DNA of 64,000 bases from Anaeramoeba ignava BMAN (GCA_028826165.1 JAPDFW010000083.1:248001-312000); one strand, 5' to 3'; counted from the stretch's first letter, positions 1 through 14,760 are shown. The notes: a model not told the origin generated them from the sequence alone. Translations and numbers: made by a program.

Positions 1-3000
1 CTTATTTTCCAATTCTTCCAGAGAAATCCGATCGACTTTCTGGAATTGAAATCTTGATCCGAAGAAAATATTTTATCAGTTTGACATGCTTTTGGTTTTT
101 CCAGTAGAATTGACTTGAGAATATCGTTGCGATCCTCATTAGATCCAAACGCGAGAAGGTGTGTCTCTCTGTTTTTACAAAGGATCTCTATTGCAGCGTC
201 CTCTCCCTTGTATTTTCGCTGATAAACCGCATTCAGATTCGAATTTTTGATCCTGTATCTTTGTTGGAAAATTTGACAAGGAATTCCCTGGAATTTACTA
301 TTGATCTCATGTAATTGATCCAGAAAAATGTATATACACCTCTGAGTAAGGACAACTGTCGACGGAATGTCGAAATATAGAGATTTATAAAGGCAATGTT
401 TTTTCCTTATAATTTTTTCCATTTGCGAAATTTGATATTTTTTGCTGTTTTTTTTCTCAAAGATTTGCGCAATTTCTGGAGTGCTGTATGAATATCCAAA
501 ATTCTGGAGTTGGTGTATTAGGTTTGAGGATGAGATTTTCTGTTCGATTGAAACAGTTTCTTGTTCTTTTTCCTTGACCAAATTTTGGTTCAATAAATTG
601 ATTTCAAGTCGGACAATTTTGTTTTGTTTTTGTTTTTTGGAAAGCATCAACCGACTAATAAAGAATATTTGCACTTTCGCCAGTTTTGTTGGTTGCTTTT
701 CGTCTTGTGCGGAATATTGGCTATTTTGGTTATCCAGAAACTGTGGAGGTTTTGTTTCGTTGGGAAGAAATACTGTTCTAAGTCTGCATTTTTTTCGATC
801 GGAATTTTCAATTTGATGAGGGAAATAACAAGAAAACATATTAGGGGATTGATTGCGACTCCAAACAGCGCGGATATGAGTCATTTCTTTGATGATTTTC
901 TGCCATTCTCTTGATATTTTATGTTCTCGAAATATCCTATTTTCCCATCTTTTCTGAGTCAAATGAATCAATTTCTCGGTTTTGATTCGAATTGAACGAG
1001 TTCCTTGAATTCTTAGAAAATCCACTTTCTTTTTTATGTCAGCTTTTCTTTCTAAAATTTTATTTTCTTGATCTTTCATAAAATCACTAAAGTTTTCCAA
1101 TCCAAGATCCATTTTCTTGGCATATAATTCCAACGAGTTAACTTTGAATTGCTCGATTATTTGGTCATCAAGTTTGAATATGAATTGATCTCGAAAAGTT
1201 GGATCAATTCCCTCTTTGATGACCATCATTTGCTTTTTGAAATTTTTTGTGTTTGAAATTGAACTGAAAATATAATTCACTTTGGATTTCAACACATCTT
1301 TTTGTGTTAATTGATAGAATGTTGCAAGATAATATATCAACAAATGGCAAGAATATTGATCTTTAACAAAAATTCTTGTGAATCTATCGTGTCCAGCAAT
1401 ATAGTTCACAAATACAGAAATGAGCTCAGGAAAATCATGGAATTGAAGCGAAAAAATGATTATTTTCCAGATTAGTTGATAAAGAAGTGTTCTTGGTTTT
1501 AGAATAATCACTCGATTCGATGTGAATTTTGTTGTTTGATCAAAAAATGTTGTGAGAAGATAAATCACTGTTTGGATAAAATAAATATCTTCATTTTTAA
1601 ATGTTTCGATTTTCTGTTCGAAAATTAAATCTGAAATGAATTTGATCACAAAATTGGAAATGAATTTGGAAAACTCGATACAATTTACTTGTGATTGTTC
1701 GAGTAAGTCTTTTTTTGTGGAAAATATTTGGCTTATGTGAGATAATATATCAATGATAACTTTCTGATAAATTTTGACTTGATCGAGAATTTGAGGTGGA
1801 GTAAGAAGTTCGGAAATGATTAAGTTTATTGGGATACTTAACTTTTCAGATAGGTTTATGACAATATATCGAGAAACTGCAACTATAAATGACCATAATT
1901 CGTCTTCTATTTTTTGGATATTTTGAAGTGTGTTATCAAGGTGTTCTTGTTGGAAAATGGATTTAATTGATTTTGTGTTAGAATTTTCTATATTAGAAAC
2001 TGTTTCAATGTTAGTAGCTATTTTTATTTTCTTAGATAAATTATCCTGAATATTAGGTTTAATGGATGATACTAGATTTTTATCTAAATTAAGATCGAAA
2101 TCAAATGCTTTATCTTGATTTTCATCTAAATTAAGATTGGAATCAACTGTTATTTTATCTTGATCTTTATCTAAATTAAGATCGAAATCAAAAAATATTT
2201 CATCTTGATCTTGATTTTTATCTTTTGAATTTAAATTTGAATTTGAATCTAAATTTGAATTTAAATTTATTTTTGAATTTGGATTTGAATCTAAATTTGT
2301 TTTTGAATTTGCTTTTGAATTTGTTTTTGAATCTAAATTTAAATCTAAATCTAAATTTGAATCTAAATTTGAATCTAAATTTGAATTTGTTTTTGAATCT
2401 AAATTTGAATCTAAATTTGCTTTTGAATTTGAATCTAAATCTAAATTTGTTTTTGAATTTGTTTTTGAATTTGTTTTTGAATTTGTTTTTGAATTTGTTT
2501 TTGAATTTGTTTTTGAATTTGTTTTTGAATTTGCTTTTTGAATTTGCTTTTGAATTTGTTTTTGAATTTGCTTTTGGTAAATCAATTTCTTCTTGACTCT
2601 TAGACTTAGAAAATTCTAAAATTTCTAAAGTAATTCCCCTAAGAGCTTCGTTAATCAAATTAACTAACCCATAAAAAATAAAATCTCTCTTAACTTGATC
2701 ATTTCCTTTTTGGAAAATCTTATAAGTTTTACGAAGAATAGAAAGCCTGAAAAAAACATCACGAATATTTATAAAAACAGTAAATAATGTTGGAAGAGAA
2801 GCTGGAGTTGCCTTCAAAAGTGTAAATATTTCTTCAACAACTCGGATTTCAAGAGGAAAATGAGACAAATGCTCTCCAAGTAAATAAAAAGCGGAAGAAT
2901 TAACAAAAAGATTTCGGATTTTGGAAATTTTGCACAGAGAACGAACCAAAGCAATAATTTGTATTCTCATTTCGAGAAGATCGTGACGAGCAAGATTAAC

Positions 3001-6000
3001 AATAAGTTCAATCGGAAATTGCTTTTTGAAATCGAGTTTTTTGGCGATGTTTTTTTGGTTCATTTGCATGATTTCAGCAAATGTTTTGATAACAACTAAT
3101 CTTGTTAGTGATTGATTGTAAGTGAAAAGATAAGTGGATGATTTCGCTTCTTCCTTTTTAGGCATGACTGTATAATGTGTCAGTAATAAATACCGCAAGA
3201 TCTTCGCAAGATCTCCTGGTTTTCTTGTGATGTATTTGATGATTTGCATCAAGATATCAAGGAAATTATAAGGGAAGAAAATATCATCTTGGAGTATTTG
3301 CAAGGTTTTCGAGAGAAAATTGACTTTCCTGAATTGGGAAATATTGAAACTGGAGTGCTTGTTGCGTGAATCAACAAGAATCAATAGAGAGGAAAATAGA
3401 ACGTATTGCAAATCAGGATCTGCACGTTTCCATATTGACCAATTTAAAAGAACATTTTTGAGAGCATGAATATTGATGATCATCGGCGATTCTAATATCG
3501 ATGGTAAATAGTTTTTGTTCTTATCTTGCGAACTCATTGTGGGAGTTGCGCATATGTAGAACCAATTAAGGAGAAAGTCTTGTGTTAATTCCCAATTTGA
3601 ATTCCGAAACACTCTTTCAAGAAGATATAAACTATCGGATTCTTTTGGATCGAAATTGTGAAGAGAATTGATGATATAACGAGTAAGAGAAGTTGATTTT
3701 TGCTGTGCAACTTGATTGCAACAAAGAGAGGCAGCCAGAAGATAAAGAGTTATTTTCTGAGCTCCAAGAAATTGAATGGAATCGCAAGCTCTTGATATTG
3801 TGCGAAATTTGGCATATTGATTTAGAACAGGATTGCAATAACGGAATTGGTTTTTGTGTGAATGCGATTTATCAAGTGATTTTTCGGGATTGGTTTCCCG
3901 CACAATCGCAAGCGATTTAGGCGCAATATACATCAAAACGAGATAGTCTTGGAGATGTGAAAGATGGAAATCTTTGAAATAATCTGCGGAAATTCCTTTC
4001 ATATTTTCGGTGGTATCCAGAATCTCGCAAAGAAACGGTACGTCGATATTGGCATGAAAATTTCCTGAAAATAAATTGCGATAGTTCTGTCCTATAAGAA
4101 ATAATTGGAATGCTGTTTTTTCTTCAAAAGCAGTGGAGAAAATATAGATATTCCCCATCAAAAGTTCTCTTCGTGTAAACATGGAAAAAGTTGTTGTGTT
4201 GTCTCTTGCACGAGAATTCAATAAACGTCGCGAATAAGTATGTGCAGATTGAAGAGATAAATAAGATGTTGTTCTTGATTGGATGTTGGATTCCTCATTT
4301 GGAACAAAAGGTGAATTTTCGTTCAGTAAAACTTCCTCCACATTCGGCTGCACAAACCCACCAACTGGCCCACCAAATCTGACGATAAGTGGTTCTTCAA
4401 GCTCGGGCATCTGAGGAAGAGATAAAGATCGCTTTTCGACTCTTCTTCCGTTAACAAACAAATAAACTTTATGAATAAAAGTTTTGGAGAATCGATGTGA
4501 AATTGCCACGTGGTACCACGTTTCAGTTTTAAATTTCCCGAATTCTCCAAATATGATTGATTTTGTGTCGTTGTTGATGCACATTTCGAGTTTTCTTTCG
4601 GGATTGAGTTTTATGCAACAGAGAGAAGTTTGCGACTTGGATTTGAGGACAAAATCAACAAGACGCAGAGCACACCTTTGATCAAGAATGGAAGACTCGT
4701 TTGTAGTGGATTGAGAAGGATCCTCGTCTGAGATGGATTGGGAATCGGTAAGCGATTCTTCTTGAATCTCTGAGAACCAAAACCAAAAGGAAACGAAATA
4801 ACCATTTGTTGAAGGCCATAAACTGGGAACATTTTCAATTTCACAAATGCCATATTCATCCTCGTGCTTTGTACCGAGACGCAGGAATCTCTGAGGAAAC
4901 AAATTGGTTTTTGTAATTGTTTCTGCAAGTCGAAAAAGATGGTATTCACTTGATCTTAAAAGAAGTGAAAATAGAAGCCTTGTTTCTTCTATGCTGATAC
5001 TGTAGCAACCAAGAAGCTGCAGTAATTCCGATGAGAGTATCACGCAGAGAGTTTTGTTCTCCTACCAAAATGGGGGAAAAAGTGTTCACAACTTGCTTAA
5101 AAACACGAGCGGAGCAGAGTCGTTTGAGATTGGTTCTGCTTGCTCTTGCGAGGGAAGAAATGCCCTGGATTGTCCGCTGAGCGAAGAAAACCATTCGAGA
5201 AGATTCAACGAGGAAATGCTCAAGAATTTGGAAGATCAAATTGATGATAGAAGGAAATGTAATTTTGGAAAAGGAATCCATGTTTTTGAGGGAACGCGAA
5301 GGTAGACACATCTCAAACAGTGTGAAAAGAGAAGGAGATGCATTGAGTTGGTCATAGACGCGGCGGTACTTGTCCTGAGAAAGATAGAGGAGATGTATCT
5401 CGTGGCAGAACTTGCTCTGATGCATTGAAGAGTAGTATTTTTTGCGTTTTTCTTCAAGAAAAGTTTCTGTGAGAAGATCAACACCTGTTTGCGCTGCCAT
5501 TTTGAAAAGGATATTGATAAGTATTGGCGCGGCAATCTTTGAAGAGGACATTCCAAGCTGATCGAAAAGTGCGAAGAAAATATGTGTTTGGAGTTTGGAA
5601 GCGAATTTTTTCCTGTTAGATTTGTGTGATCTAACAATAGCATCCAAAGTGCGAAAAGTTGCATCAACATAGAACCATATAGCTGCGCGCAGATCCGGGT
5701 CGGAAAATCTTCTGCTACTGCCTTTGTCTTGGAGAATGCTATTAATTTGGCTTATACGACTCAAGCACGAAAAAAGAAGCGTTGCTGAATTGCTCTTCAG
5801 TTTGGGATGCTGGAAAAGCAAGACTACCAATGCCAGCAGCACATCGACTTGTCCTGAATAGAAGTCGCGTTTGCTGTGGTGCGTGGGTGTCTGGAGTGTT
5901 TCGGATATCCCGTGGAACATTGAGGAAAGTTCTTCAAATGAAAATTCTTCAGAAATTTTAATCAAAGTTATCAACGCCAAATATCGAAATTGGGTATGAT

Positions 6001-8066
6001 TGACAAGCGCATATAAATGGCGGAATCCCGATTTAGACTCGAACACTCTACGGTTTTCTGCGCAATTTCTCAGAAGAGCAAGCACAAGCTCGAAAACAGT
6101 GCGATAAACTGCCACATTTTCTGTTTGTTTTTGCTGTGCTATTTTTGTTTCTGAGTCCTTTGCATATCCATTGACAAAGCTTGATGGATCGGCAACAAAC
6201 TCAGCTACAATCCTCACAGCACCACCTGCACGCAAGTTGCTCTCAAAATCAGTATTTTGTGCAATTAAATTTTTCATATGCTTTGAAACGCGAAGCAAAA
6301 TTTCCGGGTTTTGTGTCGTAAGTAAATTGCAGTAGCTCGACAATTCGAAAGAAAGTGTATGATAGTAAACAATATACTCCATCATATCGAGGGTTTTGTC
6401 TTGCCATTCAGGTTCTAGATCAGAAAACTTATTGAACATTGAATTAAGAAAATTTGAATTTTTCACAAAATAAAAATTTATAGGATGAGCTTCAATAATG
6501 ATGCTAATAGCCTCAAAAACCTCATGACTCAACCCCCATTTGAAACTAAGAGAATGGTACACTGTGACAAGTATATCAAAGGCGTTTGTATTCTGGAGAA
6601 TTTTGTAAATTTGCTCTTCTCTTTTCAATTCAAAGAAAAGTTGAATTAATTTTTCTGCACTTTTTAGCTTTTCTCCTTGTTGTTTTGCCTTGTTTCGCGC
6701 ATAAGAATTTCCTGACAATCCCCCTTTTGAATGCTGTTCTGCAATTTTTGTTTGTATTTCCAATGTTTGTTTTTTGACAAAATCGTCGATGAATTTCAAG
6801 CTCATTGCTGCAGGTCTTCCAATAAAAACAAATTGTGCCAAAATGTGAAGAATTCGAAATAAATATGCCATTCCATTTGGAGTTTTTCTTGCGCTTCTTT
6901 GCAAGAAATTCAATACATTTTTGAAGAACAGAAAGTCCATTTTTCTTTTCAAATTCTCGATACAAAACTGGTAAATTGATTTCGAGTGTTGTTTCAAAAA
7001 GAAACTGTAAAAGTGTGAATACATCAATAATCAAGTCTGGAGATGGGTTGTTGATTGGATCTACTATAGAAAGTAGGGATGGTATGAATTTAACAGTTCT
7101 CAATAAAAATGGTTTTGATTGTGAGTAAATTGTTATTTTTGCAATTTTCGTCAGAATTCTTAATAAGAAACGTTTAATTGATGTTTGTGGATGTGATGAG
7201 ATAGATTGAAGTAAGCTTGTTAGGTTATAATTTTTGATAATTTCAGTTGAGTATCGATTTTTTTTAGAAATGTTATGAAGGATTTTTGTTATTATGAATT
7301 CTGGTTTTAAATTTTGGGAGTATTTGAAAGGAATTTTTATATTTTGATTTTCATTTTCTAATTGATTTTCTAATTGATTTTGATTTTGATTTATATTTTG
7401 ATTTTCTAATTGATTTATATTTTCTAATTGATTTATATTTTTATTTTGATTTTCTAATTCATTTTCATTTTCTAATTGATTTTCTAATTGATTTTCTAAT
7501 TCATTTTCTAATTGAAAATTCATCTCATCTGGAAGTGATTTATCAAGTGAAGCAAATAAAAAAAATTGTCTTCCACGATTTGCAAAAAAATTTCTAATTG
7601 GCTTAAAACTATATTTGATATTTTCATCTTCTTCCATAATTTGTTCAGATCTTCTTTCATTCGAAATCAAATTTAATAAAGAAATTAAAGTAGTTGCAAA
7701 TCCATTAATCCAAATATTTGTTGAACGAGATGTAATTGCAAGAAGTCTTAAATATTTAATTGCAGATGATGAATGAATAAATAAAGAAATAGAATCCCCA
7801 ATTAATTTCCCAGATTCATCAGAACAAAAAAGATGAATATCATTAACAAATTGAGTGAAAATTGTTTGGTGAACTTCCGAAATGTTTCCATATTGGAAAT
7901 TAATTGTATTTTTTGGTTGTTTTTCGAAAACTGAAAGAAATAGATCTGCAAATTTATCGAAAATTTGTTTTTGAGTAATATAATTTTGTTGTTGGAAAAA
8001 TTGTTTCCAGAGTTTATGGAGTTGAATAACTTTATCAGTTGTGACTAAATTTAAACTCATTTCCAA
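1..8066 (-). CDS. Large BEACH-domain protein (neurobeachin/LYST/WDFY family); 3' part runs off the window
   Basis: ORFs 6630-8066, 4946-7027 and 2218-5043 plus an open frame from ~2530 to 1 join after removing one extra base each at ~6885, ~5028 and ~2537. It has LLQLLGCYSISIEETRLLFSLL, a ConA/LamG-like segment (SFWFW...TWYHVAISH...LFVNG), a PH-BEACH segment (RKYKGEDAAIEILCKNRETHLLAF), and the BEACH start LWKNWKIS at the window edge. Confidence 0.88.
2225..2575 (-). repeat. Coding 12-bp tandem repeat (aattcaaaaaca)n, encoding NSKT/NLDS in the BEACH gene
   Basis: Direct repeats are visible. In the corrected frame they read NSKT/NLDS and continue into ordinary coding sequence. Confidence 0.85.
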
Positions 8067-8207
8067 AAAAAAAAAAGTAAAAAATTTAAAATAAGAAATT
8101 AAAAAGAAATGAATTAAACTAAAGAAAAAAATGATTTTGAGTAAAAAAATTTTTTTTCTTTTACGAATTTTTTTAATTTATTTTTATTAATATTAATTTT
8201 TAAATTT

Positions 8208-10325
8208 TTAATTCCAAGCAAACCATTTTAACATTGAATTTGGATTTAATTGAAAGTAATCAATTGTTTCTTCCATTTCTGAATAATGATTTTTGATAAA
8301 TTCTTGATCAATAGAATCAATATACAAAAATTTAATAATTTGAGTCATTTCAAAATAAGATCTTTGAGTATAATCTTGAACTGTATTTGAATTATCACGA
8401 ACAAACAGAAACATTGCTCTATACAAATCACTTCTTAAAGCAAGAATAACTTTATGAACTTTTAAATCACGCGATTCAACAACAATTGAGAAATCTTTCT
8501 CTTTATCATTTTCATATAATTTTTGGAAATCCGAAATGATTCCGTTTCTTCCTTTTTTCTTGTCGATCCATTGCTTTGGAGATTCGATTCCAAGTTCTTG
8601 AATGAAATCAAATAAAAATTGGTAACAATCTTTGAATTTCTTATTTTCAATTATTCCAGTATAAACAAACTCAAAAAATTCCATCACTTTTTCACGTGAT
8701 TTATCTTTGCAAACATTGGATAAATTTTCCAAAAATTGATTTCGTTTTTGGGTTTCTTTTTGGGGATCATCTAACAAAATCAAATCAAATCTTGGGAACA
8801 AAATATCCTTATGCAATTTAATTAAACCGCCTTCATTCAAAGAAATTTGCAAATCAGTCAATTCTTGTTGAATTAAAAATTGTTTTAAATCAAAATGGAA
8901 TGAACGCAAATGCTCCAACAAACTTTTGGAGTGTGAGTCAAGATAGAAACCTTTTGACAAATCAAAATCCATCCAAGATCCATAAAGAAAAATAATAGCT
9001 TCTTTTCTATATGAGCTAAGAGCATATTCCAAAGATGTTCTTTCTCCTGGTTCGTTATCAATATCCTGCTGAGGAGTGTGCTTCAAAAGCAACTCCAGAC
9101 ATTCGGTGGATGTGTTACCGAAGGATGCTTCCTGAAGAGGAGACTTCCCAGTTTCTGTTCTGACGCTGAAGTCAGCTCCACAATCAATGATTTTCTGGAG
9201 GAGTTCAGCATCGTGGTTTGTTCTACAAGCCAATAATAGCGGGGTTTGGCCAAAGGAATCTTTCACATTCACATCGGCACCATATTCAATAAGCAGCTTG
9301 GCTATCTCAGGTCTGAATAGAGGCGAATTTAAAACAATTAATAAAGGTGTTTGGTTGTTATTGTCGGGCAAATTCACATCGCACTTCTTTTCTAAGAGGA
9401 ACTTTAGCAGGGTTATATCGCCAGCATATTCGCAGAGAAAATGTAGAGGTGTTTGGCCTGATTTGTTTTTGATATCATAGGTTTCAAACTCGCTTTTTTC
9501 AAACAATATTTGGAAAATTTTTGCACTTTTTTCATTTGTTTTAACACAAAATTGATGGAGAACAGAATTCCAGTTCTTGGGGTTGATTTGCGAGGGGTCT
9601 GCGCCGTATTTCAGAAACAAGAAGATGTAGTCCTCGTGCAAACCTAGTTGGAGAAGTAGCAAAAAGGGGCTCAATCCTTCTATATTCATAATATTTGGAT
9701 TAGCACCTTTAGAAAGTAGAAATTCAATTAACGAATAATCTTTTGAATTGTGAACAAGAAAATAAAGTGGAGAATACAGGGATTTAGTCAGGAGATTAAT
9801 ATCTGCTCCGTTTTCCAGGAGAGTCTGTATTTTCTCCAAAGAGGGAAACGAGGAACATGCATAATGAATTGCACTTAATCCATAATTGTTTTGTAAATTA
9901 ATTTCTGCTTTTTTTTCTAGCATTAATTCTATCAATGTCTTCGCGTTGTTTGTTTGGCAAATTAAATGAAAAGGAGTTGTTCCGTTTATATCTTTGGCAT
10001 TTACATCTGCTCCATTTTCTAATAGAAATTTGACATTGGCAAACGGTGGATTTGATTTACATAAAGTGTGAAGTGGTGTTTCTTTGCTAAATTCTGAATC
10101 AATAACATTAATGTCAAATCCTTTCTCTAAAAGACATTTAAAAGTTTCTATTGAAGCTAATTTTTCACATGCAAAATGAAGGAAAGTCATATTGTTTGTG
10201 GTTTTTATGTCAATGTCAATTTTTGTATTTTTTAAAAATTCTAAATTATTTTCAGAAATTGCTTCTTCTATTTTCAAAATATTTTCAGAATCAGAATCAG
10301 AATCAGAATCTGCAAAGAAAAACAT
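8208..10325 (-). CDS. Ankyrin-repeat protein with C-terminal tandem BTB-like domains
   Basis: About 12 ankyrin repeats (TPLH/TPFH...GADVN). BTB motifs TDLQI...LHKDIL and KDFSIVV...KVHKVILALRSDLYRAMF. First ATG at 10325; no introns. Confidence 0.9.
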   Translation of the reverse strand: MFFFADSDSDSDSENILKIEEAISENNLEFLKNTKIDIDIKTTNNMTFLHFACEKLASIETFKCLLEKGFDINVIDSEFSKETPLHTLCKSNPPFANVKFLLENGADVNAKDINGTTPFHLICQTNNAKTLIELMLEKKAEINLQNNYGLSAIHYACSSFPSLEKIQTLLENGADINLLTKSLYSPLYFLVHNSKDYSLIEFLLSKGANPNIMNIEGLSPFLLLLQLGLHEDYIFLFLKYGADPSQINPKNWNSVLHQFCVKTNEKSAKIFQILFEKSEFETYDIKNKSGQTPLHFLCEYAGDITLLKFLLEKKCDVNLPDNNNQTPLLIVLNSPLFRPEIAKLLIEYGADVNVKDSFGQTPLLLACRTNHDAELLQKIIDCGADFSVRTETGKSPLQEASFGNTSTECLELLLKHTPQQDIDNEPGERTSLEYALSSYRKEAIIFLYGSWMDFDLSKGFYLDSHSKSLLEHLRSFHFDLKQFLIQQELTDLQISLNEGGLIKLHKDILFPRFDLILLDDPQKETQKRNQFLENLSNVCKDKSREKVMEFFEFVYTGIIENKKFKDCYQFLFDFIQELGIESPKQWIDKKKGRNGIISDFQKLYENDKEKDFSIVVESRDLKVHKVILALRSDLYRAMFLFVRDNSNTVQDYTQRSYFEMTQIIKFLYIDSIDQEFIKNHYSEMEETIDYFQLNPNSMLKWFAWN

Positions 10326-10442
10326 TTTTCTAACAAAACAAAACAAAAAACAAAAATAAAAACAAAAACAAAAATAAATTTAAATTAAAAATTTTTTTTT
10401 TCATTTTTTCATTTTTTTCTTTTCAAAAAAAACAAAAAAGAA

Positions 10443-13400
10443 ATGAATTTAGATCAAGAAAAAGATAAAGAAGCAAGAATTTCCTCATTTGTTGGAGCAA
10501 TTGCATTAAGTGAATTAGTATCTCCAACCCTTGGACCAAAAGGAATGGTAATTAAAAAACAATTAAAAAATTAAAAAATTAAAAAAAAATTTTAATTAAA
10601 AAATTAAACAATCAAAAAAAAAATTTTTTTATAGGATAAAATTTTGCAATCTATGAGTAATAACAATGAAATTTCTGTGACCAATGATGGAGCAACAATT
10701 CTTAAATCAATTCATATGTCGAATCCAGCTGCCAAAATTTTAATTGGTAAAATCAATTTTAATAATCAATTTTAATAATAATTTTAATAATAAATTTAAA
10801 TAATAAATTTAATAATAAATTTAAATAATCAATTTAATAATAAATTTTAATAATAAATTTAATAATAATTTTATAAATAATTTTAATAATAAATTTAATA
10901 ATAATTTTAATAATAAATTTAATAATAAATTTAATAATAATTTTAATAATAAATTTAATAATAAATTTAATAATAATTTTAATAATAAATTTTAATAATA
11001 AATTTTAATAATAAAATTTAATAATAATTTTAATAATAATTTTAGTAATAATTTTAGTAATAATTTTAATAATAAATTTTAATAATAAATTTTAATAATA
11101 ATTTTAATAATAATTTTAATAATAATTTTAATAATAAATTTAATAATAATTTTAATAATAATTTTAATAATAATTTTAATAATCAATTTTAATAATAAAT
11201 TTTATAATAAATTTAATAATCAATTTTAATAATCAATTTAATAATAAATTTAATAATAAATTTTAATAATAAATTTAATAATCAATTTAATAATAAATTT
11301 TAATAATAATTTTAATAATAAATTTAATAATAAATTTAATAATAAATTTAATAATAAATTTAATAATAAATTTAATAATAAATTTAATAATAATTTTAAT
11401 AATAAATTTTAATAATAATTTTAATAATAAATTTAATAATAATTTTAATAATAATTTTAATAATAAATTTAATAATCAATTTTAATAATAAATTTAATAA
11501 TAAATTTAATAATAAATTTAATAATAAATTTAATAATAAATTTAATAATAAATTTTAATAATAAATTTAATAATAAATTTAATAATAAATTTTAATAATA
11601 AATTTTAATAATAATTTTAATAATAAATTTAATAATAAATTTAATAATAAATTTAATAATAAATTTAATAATAAATTTAATAATAAATTTAATAATAAAT
11701 TTAATAATAAATTTAATAATAAATTTAATAATAAATTTAATAATAAATTTTAATAATAAATTTAATAATAATTTTAATAATAAATTTAATAATAAATTTT
11801 AATAATAATTTTAATAATAAATTTTAAATAATAAATTTAATAATAAATTTAAATAATAAATTTAATAATAAATTTTAATAATAAATTTTAATAATTTTAA
11901 TAATAATTTTAATAATAATTTTAATAATAAATTTTAATAATAAATTTAATAATAATTTTAATAATAAATTTTAATAATAAATTTAATAATAATTTTAATA
12001 ATAATTTTAGTAATAATTTTAGTAATAATTTTAATAATAATTTTAATAATAAATTTAATAATAAATTTTATAATCAATTTTATAATAAATTTAATAACAA
12101 TTTTTAATTTTATATTTTTTTTGATTTATAGAAATTTCAAAAGTTCAAGATGATCAAGTTGGTGATGGAACAACAAGTGTAGTTGTTCTTGCAGGTGAAT
12201 TATTAAGAGAAGCTAAAAGACTTATTGAATTAAAAATTCATCCTCAAATTATCATTTCTGGTAATCAAAATAAATTTAAATTTTTTATTTTTATTTTTAT
12301 TTTTAATTTTTAATTTTTATTTTAAAGGTTTTCGTAAAGCTAAGGCAGTTGCTTTAAAAGCCTTGGAAAAAGCTTCTGTTGATAAAAGTAAAGATAAAGA
12401 AGCTTTTAGAAAGGAATTATTGAAACTTGCTGGAACTACATTATCTTCAAAAATTCTTAAAACAGAAAAAGATAAATTTTCGGAAATTGCAGTTGATGCA
12501 GTTTTAAGACTTAAAGTATGTTTAAAATTTAAAAAATTCAAATTAAATTAAACAAAAAAAAAATTAAAAACATTTTAATTTTTATATTATTAAGGGAAGT
12601 ACAAATCTTGAAAGTATTCAAATCCTTAAAAAGAAGGGAGGTTCTTTGAAAGATAGTTATATTGAAGAAGGTTTTATTTTAGATAAGAAAATTGGAGTTG
12701 GACAACCAAAACGTTTAGAAAATGCAAAAATTATGGTTGCTAATACACCAATGGATACTGATAAAATTAAAATATTTGGAACAACAGTTAAAGTAGATTC
12801 ATCAGCTAAAGTTGCAGAAATTGAAAAAGCAGAAAGAGTAAAAACTCATTTATAAAAATAAAAATTAAAATAAAATTCATTTATAAAATTAAAATTCATT
12901 TATAAAAGGATAAAATGATTAACAAATGCAAGAAAATTGTTGCACATGGAATCAATTGTTTCATTAATAGACAATTAATCTACAATCTTCCTGAACAATA
13001 TTTCACAGATAACGGAGTATTATCAATTGAACATGCAGATTTCAGTGGAATTGAAAGATTAGCATTAGTAACCGGAGCAGAAATTGTATCAACATTTGAC
13101 AATCCAGAGAAAGTAAAATTAGGAACAGCAAAATTAATTGAAGAAATCATGATTGGAGAAGACAAACTTATTCGGATCTCTGGATGTCCTGATCCAGCAG
13201 CATGCACAATTGTATTGAGAGGATCATCAGGACACATTCTTGACGAAGCGGAACGTTCACTTCATGATGCTCTTGCAGTTCTTTCTCAGGTGCAAATTGA
13301 AACAAGAACTGTTTATGGTGGTGGTTGTATCGAAGTTTTAATGGCAAAAGATGTTGAAGAAGAAGCAAAAAAAGTTTCAGGAAAAGAATCACTTGCTGTT

Positions 13401-13679
13401 GAAGCATTTGCTAATGCTTTGAGACAAATTCCTAAAATTTTATGTGATAATGCTGGTTTTGATAGTAATCAAATTGTTGCTCAATTAAAAGCTGAACATT
13501 ATAAAGGCAATGTCAATGCTGGTGTTGATATGAATTTGGGTTGTATAGGAGATATGCAACAGTTGGGTGTTGTTGAGAGTTATAAAGTTAAATATCATGC
13601 TTTGTTATCTGCAACTGAAGCTGCTGAAATGATTCTTAGAGTTGATAATATTATTAAAAGTCAACCAAGAAGAAAATAA
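10443..13679 (+). CDS. CCT2: T-complex protein 1 subunit beta (chaperonin CCT2), 6 exons
   Basis: Exons read [12 protein letters not shown]...TLGPKGM|DKILQS...[12 protein letters not shown]...|[25 protein letters not shown]...[11 protein letters not shown]...ILRVDNII. Five GT-AG introns; the second spans ~10747-12130. Confidence 0.97.
10760..12100. repeat. Intronic (aataataaattt)n microsatellite, ~1.3 kb, in CCT2 intron 2
   Basis: A 12-13-bp unit repeated roughly 100 times between the GT donor and AG acceptor. Confidence 0.95.
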
Positions 13680-13680
13680 T

Positions 13681-14760
13681 TTTAAATACAAAATTAAATA
13701 CAAAATTAAAAACATTTAGAAACAAATTTAAATACAAATTTAAATACAAATTTAGAAACATTTAGAAACAAATTTAAATACAAAATTAAATACAAAATTA
13801 AATACAAATTTAAATACAAAATTAAATACAAATTTAAATACAAATTTAAAAACAGATTTAAATACAAATTTAGAAACATTTAGAAACAAATTTAAATACA
13901 AATTTAAATACAAATTTAAATACAAATTTAAATACAAATTTAAATACAAATTTAAATACAAAATTAAATACAAAATTAAATATGAATTTAAATACAAATT
14001 TAAATACAAATTTAAATACAAATTTAAATACAAATTTAAATACAAATTTAAATACAAATTTAAATATAAATTTAAACACAAATTTAAATACAAATTTAAA
14101 TACAAATTTAAATACAAATTTAAATACAAATTTAAATATAAATTTAAATATAAATTTAAAAAATATAAATTTAAAATACAAATTTAAATACAAATTTAAA
14201 TACAAATTTAAATACAAATTTAAATAAAATTTAAATATAAAAATTTTAAATAAATTTAAATACAAGAATTTAAATACAAATTTAAATACAAATTTAAATA
14301 CAAATTTAAATATAAAATTTAAATACAAATTTAAATATAAATTTAAATACAAATTTAAATACAATTTTAAATATAAATTTAAATATAAATTTAAATATAA
14401 ATTTAAATACAAAATTAAATATAAATTTAAATACAAATTTAAATACAAATTTAAATACAAATTTAAATACAAATTTAAATACAAATTTAAATACAAATTT
14501 AAATACAAATTTAAATACAAATTTAAATATAAATTTAAATACAAAATTAAATACAAAATTAAATATAAATTTAAATACAAATTTAAATACAAATTTAAAT
14601 ACAAATTAAATACAAATTTAAATACAAATTTAAATATAAATTTAAATACAAATTTAAAAACAAATTTAAATATAAATTTAAATACAAATTTAAATACAAA
14701 TTTAAATATAAATTTAAAAACAAATTTAAATACAATTTTAGAAACAATTTTAAAAACAAA
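13681..14760. repeat. Intergenic (aaatttaaatac)n 12-bp microsatellite
   Basis: Tandem unit directly after the CCT2 stop. It produces the spurious YLNL/FKFV ORFs. Confidence 0.95.

Noticed and set aside
2530-6900. Three +1 frameshifts in the BEACH gene (also TTT-TAA at ~45226) as programmed, Euplotes-like frameshifting
   Set aside because: All fall in homopolymer runs, and the BEACH sites have no adjacent stop or shared motif. Other genes show -1 indels (44626, 49620, 49885). This pattern fits long-read consensus error; short-read polishing would settle it.
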